From NCBI GenBank assembly GCA_003152105.1, contig PLZJ01000002.1:236257-300256 (forward strand): a stretch of DNA of 64,000 nucleotides, read 5' to 3'. A model generated the notes under the pieces. The model ran no database searches. It was not told where the DNA came from and saw nothing but the letters and a program-made list of their open reading frames with translations. This DNA comes from Candidatus Levyibacteriota bacterium. Lineage in GTDB: Bacteria; Patescibacteriota; Microgenomatia; Levybacterales; UBA12049. Positions 19,531 to 28,571 of the stretch are shown here, piece by piece (position 1 is the first letter of the stretch; each line of letters starts with the position of its first letter). Both the position numbers and the translations under genes were made by a program.

Positions 19531-20565
19531 TTATGCGATATTTTTTATTAAATTAAGTAGTTTAAAATTCCAATTTACGCGATGAGTATCTCCACGAGTG
19601 TTTAAAATACTACTTCTATTTTTCTCATACCATTTATAGCTTTCTAGTAATAATTCTTTATTGGATTTTTTAGGATGCCATTTAAGTTTTTTTTCTGCCT
19701 TTGAAATCGAAACATAGGAGGGTACTGGTAGTGTTTTGTAATGCCAAGCGCTAATTGGAGAAAGATTTGCCTTTTCAAGAATCATTAATAACAATTGAGA
19801 AGGTAAAACTGGCAATGAAATTATTCGTGATTTAGAGTTAGCATATTTTATTATTGATCCAAGATCTTTTCTCCAAGTACTGAATTCTTTTGCGCCAATA
19901 TTAAACGTTTCGTCACTTACTTCAAGAGTCAATGCCTTATATATTGCATCAACTACATCTGATACTGCAAGTAACTGATATTTATTATTTCCATTTCCAA
20001 GGATATATACATTTTTTCCAGAGTATATTGCTTCAAACCATAGTTGAAAAACTCCAAGTCTTTCGGGTCCTAGAAATGTTTTAGGGCGAATAATGTTTAT
20101 TGATAAACCTTTTTTTGTGAATTCATGACAAAGTTTTTCTCCTTCAACTTTTGATTCTCCATAATAACCAATGGGATCAATTGGGCTATCCTCTTGTTCT
20201 GGTAAGTACTTTGGCACACCGTAGACAGCAGTTGTAGAAATATAAACTAACCTTTTGGCTTTCTGTTTTAATGCTGCTTCTAATACATTGTGAGTCCCAT
20301 CAATATTAATACTATAAATAATTTTTTTACCTCTTTGTATAGGCAGAGCTGCAGCTGCATGAACAACTAAATCACTTCCTTTAATCGCGGTGTTGAGAGT
20401 ATGTTTATTGCGAATATCTCCTGAAATATAGGTAACTTTGCCAATTAAATCTTTTGCATCTAGGGGGGCAATGTCATACAGTACAACTTTGCATTTTTGC
20501 TTTAGTAGTTTTCTAGCTAGATGTACGCCTAGGAATCCTGTCCCTCCGGTAATAAATACTTTCAT
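19531..20565 (-). CDS. NAD-dependent epimerase/dehydratase (extended SDR)
   Basis: ITGGTGFLG, HAAA, ISTTAVYG, YGESK. ATG at 20565 lies 9 nt after a TGtTACAAT element. Confidence 0.93.
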   Translation of the reverse strand: MKVFITGGTGFLGVHLARKLLKQKCKVVLYDIAPLDAKDLIGKVTYISGDIRNKHTLNTAIKGSDLVVHAAAALPIQRGKKIIYSINIDGTHNVLEAALKQKAKRLVYISTTAVYGVPKYLPEQEDSPIDPIGYYGESKVEGEKLCHEFTKKGLSINIIRPKTFLGPERLGVFQLWFEAIYSGKNVYILGNGNNKYQLLAVSDVVDAIYKALTLEVSDETFNIGAKEFSTWRKDLGSIIKYANSKSRIISLPVLPSQLLLMILEKANLSPISAWHYKTLPVPSYVSISKAEKKLKWHPKKSNKELLLESYKWYEKNRSSILNTRGDTHRVNWNFKLLNLIKNIA

Positions 20566-20627
20566 GTGACTCATATTGTAACATTTGGATTGTAATAATA
20601 ACAATAACTGAACTTACTTTATTTAAT

Positions 20628-22352
20628 TCATATTTTTTTAAATATCATTACGATAGGATGATCATAAACAGTAAAAGATTCGTCTGCAGATTGGTCATTA
20701 ATCTGTATGCCTAAAAGAGGAATAGTTGGATATTCTGAAAATTGAGCTACTTTTTTAAATCCTAATTTTCCACTGAATAAATCGTGATAGTAAGATGCCG
20801 TTCGTTTATAGCAAAATTGCGTTGGTAACTTTGTGCAGTCAGTCAATTTTTGCAGTGGTACATAAAGTCTATTGGATGCAATGATAATATAGTCTGTGTG
20901 TTGTAATATTTGATGAACTCCTAGCCACTTGTCACCTGTATCTGGATTATATAAAGGTAAAATCAACGTACTGTATTTAATGCTATCACCTAAGGGTAAT
21001 TGATCATCCCAATGTTCTACTGCTAACGTTTTGTTTTGGCCAATATTCTGATAAATCCAATTCGATGCTTGTACTCGGGTGTTGGGATATGAATAAATAT
21101 GCATAAAGCTAAGTGGCCATATAACTATCGAACATAAAATAAAAATTCCAATAATGTAATAACCAATTCTAGGATACGTTTTGTGCATATAGTTGAAGAC
21201 ATAATAAAAAAATAACCCACCAAAAATGCATAGTAATGGATATAATGGGAGCATATATCTCATAAAAGCTACAGAAAAATTACCAACAATCAGGAAGTAG
21301 GGTATAAAAAATAAAAATAATACTAAGATGTTTCTCCAATGTTTTTCATTGAGATTTCTAATTGCTTTAACGAATGCATAACCCGTTCCAATATAACAAA
21401 TTATCGCAAGCATAGGTCCTTGTCCCCATAGAAATATATTCTTCAGTTCGTAATAATAAGGTATTATGCCAACGTATTGCAATGTATATGGAAATATAAA
21501 TGCGTTATGAGTCATTTGGGATTGTTGTTGTGTTTGCAACCAAAAAGAAGAAAAATCTATCAGTGCATATGGTTCAAATAACACAATAATTAGAAGTACT
21601 GTAACGATAAAAAAAATTGGCGAAAAAATTATTAATTTTGCATTTTTAGATATATACGTTTTCCAAAAATGATTTTTATTCAAATGAGATTTCAAAAGTA
21701 GCAAGCTTAATAGATAGGTGAGAATTATAGTTGATAATAAAATTAAACCAGTATCTTTTGTCACTAAACTGAGACCAAAAGATAATCCAAGCAGAACTGA
21801 AAATTTTAATGAAGGATGTTCATAATATTTTAAAATAAAATAAAGTGTTAATAAGATAAAGAAACATAATTGGGCATCAACTGTATAAAAGTGAGAATTT
21901 TGTATAGGGAAAGTACTCACTGCATAAAAAAACATTGCCAATAGGCCAATTTTTTTTGACGCAACGAGTTTTGAGATGTTAAAAATAAGTAGCATGCTGC
22001 AAAGTTCAAATAAGACAGATAAATCGCGACCAAGAATGTTGATTCCGTCATAGGTTGCATAAACGGGGTTGTGTAGTGACGCAAAAATACTAACGATCTT
22101 TAAAAAATATAAAGGAAACGATCCATATGCAAAAAAATGAGGATTTAGCGGACTATTCGGTGATAAATATTGCGTTACTGTTTTTGGAAAGTTAAGAGGC
22201 AGTGTATAAAGTACAATAGCTCGTTCATCTGGGTGCAGGTGAAATCCATTATCCCAATCTGTACCATAAAATCTAAATAGTGCTGCAAGCAGAAGAATGA
22301 GGCAAAAAACTATTGTAAAATAGAATTTCTTAGTATGATGCTTTATATTCAT
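20628..22352 (-). CDS. GT-C (PMT/ArnT-like, GT39-related) glycosyltransferase
   Basis: RFYGTDWD..HPDE, NPHFFAYGSFP, IQNSHF, RYMLP; many TMs. ATG at 22352 lies 1 nt after the upstream stop. Confidence 0.88.
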   Translation of the reverse strand: MNIKHHTKKFYFTIVFCLILLLAALFRFYGTDWDNGFHLHPDERAIVLYTLPLNFPKTVTQYLSPNSPLNPHFFAYGSFPLYFLKIVSIFASLHNPVYATYDGINILGRDLSVLFELCSMLLIFNISKLVASKKIGLLAMFFYAVSTFPIQNSHFYTVDAQLCFFILLTLYFILKYYEHPSLKFSVLLGLSFGLSLVTKDTGLILLSTIILTYLLSLLLLKSHLNKNHFWKTYISKNAKLIIFSPIFFIVTVLLIIVLFEPYALIDFSSFWLQTQQQSQMTHNAFIFPYTLQYVGIIPYYYELKNIFLWGQGPMLAIICYIGTGYAFVKAIRNLNEKHWRNILVLFLFFIPYFLIVGNFSVAFMRYMLPLYPLLCIFGGLFFYYVFNYMHKTYPRIGYYIIGIFILCSIVIWPLSFMHIYSYPNTRVQASNWIYQNIGQNKTLAVEHWDDQLPLGDSIKYSTLILPLYNPDTGDKWLGVHQILQHTDYIIIASNRLYVPLQKLTDCTKLPTQFCYKRTASYYHDLFSGKLGFKKVAQFSEYPTIPLLGIQINDQSADESFTVYDHPIVMIFKKI

Positions 22353-22353
22353 A

Positions 22354-23994
22354 TCAGTCGGATTTTTTAAATATAAAAATGGTTGGTCTATCAAATACGC
22401 TAGCTGTTTCTTCATATGAGTATATAGGATTATTTAAATAAGTAATACGACAAAAAATATCACAAGGAGTTATGTACATTAGTTTATATCCGGCTTCACC
22501 GTTTATCAGATGTTGGTAAAACACTGAACTTATTGGAAAGATTTTCGGTTTAAGTAATCTCGTTTTAATGATTCTTTGACTTGGTAAAATAATATAGTCT
22601 GCATTCCCAATACCTTTTGCAATATCAGAATGTAATATATCACTATCGTAAAAATTATATAGTTTTATATTTTCAAATGAACTGTTAAATGGAACTATTC
22701 CTAGATCATATATTTCAGAAACTATAGTTGCATTTTTTGGAATATGATTATGCGCATAAATCGCAGCAATTTCTCGAGTATCAGTTTCAACAAATGCTGT
22801 AATTACATACGAAATAGCAAAAATTGCAGAAATAAGTTCTAGTGTGCTTATGATAATTATCAATTGAAATTTCTTAGTTTTGAACTGATTCTGAAGATGG
22901 GTAAGCGTATATGCTATTAATAAATAAATAAAAGGTAGCGTTGGTATCATATATCTTGTCCATTTAACAAATAGAATTGCCTGCGAAACAAATAAGATAA
23001 TGAAAAATAATAATAGAAACAGTATCTGTTTTGACTTAAATCTGAACACAAGATAGATACAATAAATAAAACTAAATATAAATAGTAAAGTAACGAATGG
23101 ATTTAATAAAAAAGGGTATACATGTAGTAACTGAAATAAAATATCATTTTGTGAGATGAATTCTTGCGTATAGAATACTGGTAAAGTTCCCATTGCGACA
23201 GAAGATTCATACGTAATACTATGAATAAAAGAAGATGAATCTAAAATAGTATAAGGTGAAAAAATTACCGTAAGTATTACAATAAATGCGTATAACAACA
23301 ACGAGATAATTAAAAATGTAATTATATTTCTTGGCTGGAATCTAAATTTATTCAGTTTTCGAAATTCATTTTTGGCTTTATAGATTTGTAGAAATATTAA
23401 AATAGGAATTATTACACTATTTGATATTTTAATTGATAATAGAACGCCAATTATAAATACGCTTATAAATAAGTATTTATATGAAGGATTTTTCAAGAAT
23501 AATAAGACATCTAAAAATAAAAGAGTAAAGAAAAAAGTGCTCCACATTTCAAAAGTTCCAAAATGAGCAAATTGAATAAATCCTACACTAAATACTCCAA
23601 GCAGAAAAGCGATGGTGCCCGTTTGTCTGTTATGCATTTTTTTGCCAATAATAAAAAGAAGGATTGGTAAAAATGCGCTGAGAATAGCTGAATAAAATCG
23701 ATTAATAATTATTCCTTCAGAAAAGCTTACCTGCCATAGTTGTTGCAGCGGCATTCTACTTAAAAAATGCATTAATATTCCTGTAAAGTACACAATATAA
23801 ATAGGAAGTGATCCATAGGCAAAAAAATGCGGATTCATTTGGGAAGGAAATTGAAGTTGAGTAATGGATGAGGCAATATTACGTTCATCAGGATGAAAAT
23901 AGTAAGGTGTTCCCCAATTCAAATTATAAAATCGAAGCAAGAATAAGCATACAATAAGTATAAGTACGCTAAGGAAAAGAAAGAGTTTTCTCAT
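22354..23994 (-). CDS. GT-C (PMT/ArnT-like, GT39-related) glycosyltransferase, paralog of its neighbour
   Basis: RFYNLNWG..HPDE, NPHFFAYGSLP, IQFAHF, RYMIP, EET..VFDRP. Confidence 0.88.
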   Translation of the reverse strand: MRKLFLFLSVLILIVCLFLLRFYNLNWGTPYYFHPDERNIASSITQLQFPSQMNPHFFAYGSLPIYIVYFTGILMHFLSRMPLQQLWQVSFSEGIIINRFYSAILSAFLPILLFIIGKKMHNRQTGTIAFLLGVFSVGFIQFAHFGTFEMWSTFFFTLLFLDVLLFLKNPSYKYLFISVFIIGVLLSIKISNSVIIPILIFLQIYKAKNEFRKLNKFRFQPRNIITFLIISLLLYAFIVILTVIFSPYTILDSSSFIHSITYESSVAMGTLPVFYTQEFISQNDILFQLLHVYPFLLNPFVTLLFIFSFIYCIYLVFRFKSKQILFLLLFFIILFVSQAILFVKWTRYMIPTLPFIYLLIAYTLTHLQNQFKTKKFQLIIIISTLELISAIFAISYVITAFVETDTREIAAIYAHNHIPKNATIVSEIYDLGIVPFNSSFENIKLYNFYDSDILHSDIAKGIGNADYIILPSQRIIKTRLLKPKIFPISSVFYQHLINGEAGYKLMYITPCDIFCRITYLNNPIYSYEETASVFDRPTIFIFKKSD

Positions 23995-23999
23995 TTGCT

Positions 24000-25280
24000 T
24001 TATGCCGTTGAAATGTCAGCGATTTTTTGCCCAAGTTCTACAGCATAATTTGTTCCTCTGTCCCAAGGATAAACTTGTTCAATATTTGCCAAAAATACAT
24101 TCGGTAAAGGAGTTTTAAATTTAGGGATAATTTTAGAATAATTTGTTGGAATTATCGGTTGCGCAAATGGAGTTCTAAATACACGATAATCAATTAAGTA
24201 TTCTTTGTACTTAGAATTAATTCTACTCAGTAAGGGATCATACATTTTTAATAATTCTTCATCGCTTGCTAAATATTTTTCTGAGTCTGTGGAAGGATAA
24301 TTACCAACATAAACAAGATGTTCGTTATTATAATTAGCAATATCCATCAGATTTGTATGTTCTACGACTACCATAACTGGAGACGGAGTTTCGCAAATGC
24401 TTAACCAATATGTTCCGTCTTTGATAAGTTGCTTTTTTAATCGTAGAACCATATTAGTAGCACCTAATCCTTGTAACTTAACTAGCGAATTCCTATATGT
24501 ATCAGGCAGTTGTGGAGTAATTTTCAAAAATAGATAAGATGGAAGAGTCACGATTATTTTGTCAAATTCATATGTTTCTTCTTCTCCCTTATTGTTTTTA
24601 AAAATCACGTTAGTTTTTTTATCATCTACAATTTTTAAAATCTCTGAATTATAGAGTACTTTTCCACCCTTTTTTTCTATAGTTGAAACAAGAGCTTCGG
24701 CAAATGAAAGAAATCCTCCTTTCGGATAGGCAAGTTGAGGAGTTCGTTTATAAATACGTGTCCAAAACCATACAAGGGAAACTACAGTTGCAAATTTACC
24801 CATTTTATTTACTAACTGTGGTTGCCACAGTAATTCATAGCCATGTTTACCCATTATTTTAGGTAAGAATGTACTTGCGTTTATTTTTTCAAGTGGTTTC
24901 CAAAATGGATTAAATTTTAAGAATGCAAGAGAGGCACCCATACGAAGCCGTTCAATAAGTGTTAATTTAGAGAATGTAAGTAGTGCTGAAGGAGAATCTA
25001 ACTGATAATTACTTCCATCAATAAAAACTGATGTTTTTGGTCGTTTGATGAGCACTTCAAAATTGATTTCTTTTGCAAGATCTAATACAAATGTGTCATT
25101 TGTAAACCAATGATGATAATGTTTTTCTAGTGACCATTTCCAATTTTTTTCCTTGTAACCAATTGCCAATCCTCCAGGATTTCCATCTTTTTCAATAATA
25201 GTAATATCATGATTTTGTTTTTGAAGTGCATGTGCTGCAGCAAGACCAGTAAAGCCCGCTCCTATTATTCCAATCTTCAT
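24000..25280 (-). CDS. FAD-dependent oxidoreductase (amine oxidase/protoporphyrinogen oxidase-like)
   Basis: IGIIGAGFTGL, IEK...PGGLA, EKHYHHWF, YPKGGF, YPWDRGTNYAVELG. Confidence 0.9.
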   Translation of the reverse strand: MKIGIIGAGFTGLAAAHALQKQNHDITIIEKDGNPGGLAIGYKEKNWKWSLEKHYHHWFTNDTFVLDLAKEINFEVLIKRPKTSVFIDGSNYQLDSPSALLTFSKLTLIERLRMGASLAFLKFNPFWKPLEKINASTFLPKIMGKHGYELLWQPQLVNKMGKFATVVSLVWFWTRIYKRTPQLAYPKGGFLSFAEALVSTIEKKGGKVLYNSEILKIVDDKKTNVIFKNNKGEEETYEFDKIIVTLPSYLFLKITPQLPDTYRNSLVKLQGLGATNMVLRLKKQLIKDGTYWLSICETPSPVMVVVEHTNLMDIANYNNEHLVYVGNYPSTDSEKYLASDEELLKMYDPLLSRINSKYKEYLIDYRVFRTPFAQPIIPTNYSKIIPKFKTPLPNVFLANIEQVYPWDRGTNYAVELGQKIADISTA

Positions 25281-26635
25281 AATTTTGGTATTGTACCACG
25301 TGTAAGTGAAAATAGAATTATTCCGAAAAGTGCAAGTATGCCACCAATGACACTTCCTAATAGAACTGAATTGCTGCCCGTAGGTTTATTAGGCAACACT
25401 ACAGTAGGGGTGGGAGAAATTGAAAATGAAGGAGTGGTCGTAATGGTTACGGACGGTTTAGTAGAAGGAATGAGAGTTGGTGTAGTAGTTGGGAGTGGTG
25501 TAATGGTTGCCGAACTCGTGGCAGCTCCCTCGACAGAAGAACCAACAGGTAAAATAGAAAATTGTTCAGTAGCTTGTTTTAACACACCAGAGCTATCCCG
25601 AGAAATTATTGTAATTGTGTGGACTCCTACACTCAACGGACTATTTGGACGAAAAGTCCATTGCCCGTTACTATCTGAAGTTGTTTCAGTTTTGATGTTT
25701 GCGTTATCTTGTATATCGATTTCTATTTTGGAATTAGGTAAAGCAGTTCCTTCAAATCTGGGTTGGGGGTCATTGAAATTTTGATTTTTCTTTGGCGAAG
25801 TAAAACCAAGGGTTGTGCTTTGAACTAGTTGTGCACGAAGTATTACTGATGGAAAGGACTGGAGAAGAAGTAGATGGCTATTATTTTGAATCGGAGGAAA
25901 AGAATAAGAATTTGATAGCGTTAATAGTGGTAATGGATTCGTGTTAATTGTAAATAGCGAAACTATAGTTGTATATGATTGCGTACTTGCAACAAGACGA
26001 AGCATAGTCTGTGGAGTTATCGCAAAATAATTAGTCCCGTTTGTTGATCTAATCTGTGAAAGAGGTATGGAAAAGTTTTGTGTTTGATTAATAAGTTCTG
26101 AAATTAATGAAAACGAATTTGATTGAAGGTAAATTAATGCTTCATCTGGCGTGCTTCCATCTGGTAGTTCAAGCTTCCCCGATATCGAGTGTTGTGATAA
26201 AGGTTTTGAATGAATGTTCTGAAAGGTTTTTATAATATATGGTTGGCTATTTGTATTTTCATAGGTTTGTCCACCTGAGGCTATCGTAAAGTAATATGGA
26301 GTATTAGGAAGTAATCCTGTTACATTAAAGTAATGAATGTAGTGAGGCAGGGATTTTCCTGCATTATCGATTTGATCTAATTGCACTTTTCCTAGTGATG
26401 AATTAGGGCCATATGATAGAGAACCCAGTAGAAGAGAATTTGTTGTATAGGATACGGTAAATGATGTGTCGGTAAGATTGCTGATTGTCACATCTTGAGG
26501 TACTGAGGATATTGATGCGTGACCTTGATAATTTGTTTTTTGTTGCAAAAAATAGGAAGTAACTAGTATGCTTAGTAAAAGCGTACCTATAGCAAATAAA
26601 GAGGGAATGCGTTTTTCAGAGATGTTTCTGTTCAT
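25277..26635 (-). CDS. Surface protein: FN3-like domain + Ig-like domain + PT linker, TM at both ends
   Basis: PQDVTISNLTDTSFTVSY...GLLPNTPYYFTI (FN3); PRFEGTALPNS..DSNGQWTF..LSVGVHTITI (Ig); C-terminal PTG + hydrophobic helix. Confidence 0.85.
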   Translation of the reverse strand: MNRNISEKRIPSLFAIGTLLLSILVTSYFLQQKTNYQGHASISSVPQDVTISNLTDTSFTVSYTTNSLLLGSLSYGPNSSLGKVQLDQIDNAGKSLPHYIHYFNVTGLLPNTPYYFTIASGGQTYENTNSQPYIIKTFQNIHSKPLSQHSISGKLELPDGSTPDEALIYLQSNSFSLISELINQTQNFSIPLSQIRSTNGTNYFAITPQTMLRLVASTQSYTTIVSLFTINTNPLPLLTLSNSYSFPPIQNNSHLLLLQSFPSVILRAQLVQSTTLGFTSPKKNQNFNDPQPRFEGTALPNSKIEIDIQDNANIKTETTSDSNGQWTFRPNSPLSVGVHTITIISRDSSGVLKQATEQFSILPVGSSVEGAATSSATITPLPTTTPTLIPSTKPSVTITTTPSFSISPTPTVVLPNKPTGSNSVLLGSVIGGILALFGIILFSLTRGTIPKL

Positions 26636-26970
26636 GGTTGAGCAGGAGTCACATCTTGCACTGACTGAGTGTTTGAAGATGTAGAATCTTGCTGCACTGG
26701 TGTTTGCGTAGATGAAGGGGTAGGTGTGATTAATCCAGATAACGTTGCTGTTTCAATGTCATATAATGGATCTATTGATTGTCTTTGTTTAAGCTTATTA
26801 AGTGTTGTAGTATCAAATGTTGGATTAATGGGAAGTATTTGCATATTTAATTGTTGATCAATAGTAGAAGCGTGAAGTTTATGAAATACATTTACTCCAA
26901 TCCACACTAATACCGCAATAAATGTTAGAAAAAGTAAAATTACTAAGTCGCGTTGTGTATTACTCTTCAT
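26632..26970 (-). CDS. Small single-TM protein after pilO (PilP-position hypothetical)
   Basis: TM followed by ILPINPTFDTTTLNKLKQR and an S/T-rich tail; overlaps both neighbours. Confidence 0.7.
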   Translation of the reverse strand: MKSNTQRDLVILLFLTFIAVLVWIGVNVFHKLHASTIDQQLNMQILPINPTFDTTTLNKLKQRQSIDPLYDIETATLSGLITPTPSSTQTPVQQDSTSSNTQSVQDVTPAQP

Positions 26971-27604
26971 AATAAGCCTTTCCAGATATTATTAAACTAT
27001 AATTATCATTTGGGTTAACCGTTGTACTTGTGCTGCTGTTAGAGCTATCAGTTACTAATTGCGAATAAGATAATGAATCAATTGTAAGTATTCTGTCCAA
27101 AGTTAACAATGATTTTACATATGTATCTAAATATTCTCGGGGTCCATGAGCATTAATCGTAAAGGAATAATTACTTGCAGTATTTGGAACTTGTATTAAG
27201 GGTACTATAGATACAGTATTGATAATAACAGTATCAATTTTTACGCCATTATTTTCTCCTAATCGCTGCAATTGACCAACTAGATATGATGAATTTGGAG
27301 ATTTTGGTATTGCTGCGATAACCACAGGAATATCAAATTGTAGGTTTGCATACTCGGTAGTTAGGGAATCAAGGTTTTGATTTTTGGTTTCTAATTGATT
27401 CAAAACAAGAGTATTATCCGATATCTCTTTTTGTAACTGTGCAATAGTAGTAAGAGTTGGTCTTATTGCAAATATTCCAAATACGCAAAGAATAAAAAGT
27501 GTTAAAGCAAGAGTGGTATATTGTTGTGTTTTTTCACTCTTAAAATTAGGGAGAAACTTTGAAACCGTTTTTTGTTTAAAAAATAATTCTTTTGTATCAG
27601 TCAT
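26960..27604 (-). CDS. pilO: Type IV pilus assembly protein PilO-like
   Basis: TM + AIRPTL, coiled coil, AAIP, ferredoxin-like end with LDRILTIDSL; follows pilN. Confidence 0.8.
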   Translation of the reverse strand: MTDTKELFFKQKTVSKFLPNFKSEKTQQYTTLALTLFILCVFGIFAIRPTLTTIAQLQKEISDNTLVLNQLETKNQNLDSLTTEYANLQFDIPVVIAAIPKSPNSSYLVGQLQRLGENNGVKIDTVIINTVSIVPLIQVPNTASNYSFTINAHGPREYLDTYVKSLLTLDRILTIDSLSYSQLVTDSSNSSTSTTVNPNDNYSLIISGKAYYEE

Positions 27605-27605
27605 A

Positions 27606-28142
27606 TTATTTTAAGGTTAATGTGTAATTTGCTGTGATCGTACCATTAGAAGTGCTATTGTCGATTTGGTCAAGCTTAATGTTTGAGAAATCAGGTGAAG
27701 ATTGAAACGCGGAAGTAAGAGATTTGAGAGAGTCGGTTGAATAGGCTACCGCAGCCACAGTAACTGTTGATGAAGTAAATGCTACTGAGTTTAACTTTAT
27801 ATTGCTGGGAAGAAGTGCTTCTATATCAAATAAGCTTTTGATGGTACTATTTTCTTGCTTATTGTACGTTGAAGCGTAGCTAAGTCTACTCTGAAGATTA
27901 CGAAAAATTTTTTCATTCTGTGCGTAGGATTCTGTAATTAATTGTTCACTTTGAATTTGTGTGTTTAAATTTGCAATTTGATTGTCAAGTGAAAAACGGT
28001 ATATAAATGCGATTAAGGCAATAAGTTCCGTAATTATTACAACCAATTTTCCAATCCCAAGTGCCCAGCTTAAAAAGTTATCATAAAAGCCCTGTGAACT
28101 TTCTTGCGAAGCCAAATTAATAGCAACATCATTCTTTGCCAT
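27606..28142 (-). CDS. pilN: Type IV pilus assembly protein PilN-like
   Basis: N-terminal INL motif (PilM-binding), TM, coiled coil, LLPSNIKLNSV, SPDFSNIKL. Confidence 0.8.
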   Translation of the reverse strand: MAKNDVAINLASQESSQGFYDNFLSWALGIGKLVVIITELIALIAFIYRFSLDNQIANLNTQIQSEQLITESYAQNEKIFRNLQSRLSYASTYNKQENSTIKSLFDIEALLPSNIKLNSVAFTSSTVTVAAVAYSTDSLKSLTSAFQSSPDFSNIKLDQIDNSTSNGTITANYTLTLK

Positions 28143-28148
28143 ATAATT

Positions 28149-28177
28149 AGTCTAGGAGGTTTGTAAAGATTTGTCAA
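28149..28177 (-). promoter_or_regulatory. Sigma70 promoter TTGACA-17-TAGACT, 6 nt before the pilN ATG
   Basis: Plus strand TGTCAA at 28172-28177 and AGTCTA at 28149-28154. Confidence 0.75.
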
Positions 28178-28201
28178 AGGAGAAATTTATCTAAAAAAAA
28201 G

Positions 28202-28486
28202 CTATTTAGTTTTCTTTTTTACAGTGGGTGATTTTTCCTTAAGAGGAGCCTTAGGGCTCGAAATTTTAGATAATGCTGATTTAACTCGTGCAGCTTTATT
28301 TTTATGTATAATTCTATGTTTTACAGCTTTATCGATTGCGCTAACAGCATCATGAATCGTTGTTTGTTTTGATGTTTTTTTCGCTTCTTTTACTAAGCTT
28401 TTATATAGATTTTTTAGCTTATCATTATGTATTTGGCGTTTCTTATCTTGTTTAAGCTTTTTTTTCGCTGATTTTATTACTGGCAT
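28202..28486 (-). CDS. rpsT: 30S ribosomal protein S20
   Basis: MPVIKSAKK...IDKAVKHRIIHKNKAARVKS. Confidence 0.97.
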   Translation of the reverse strand: MPVIKSAKKKLKQDKKRQIHNDKLKNLYKSLVKEAKKTSKQTTIHDAVSAIDKAVKHRIIHKNKAARVKSALSKISSPKAPLKEKSPTVKKKTK

Positions 28487-28571
28487 GCGGGTATTTTAGC
28501 ATGCTATACTATATTACGCAACAGTAATCCAAGGAGAAGGAATTGTTAGTAATTTCTGTGGCAAAAAATGT

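Noticed and set aside
25209-25784. 191-aa plus-strand V/G-rich ORF (also 32555-32791 and 32873-33232)
   Set aside because: Reverse-complement reading of T/P-rich repeats, which lack stops on the opposite strand.
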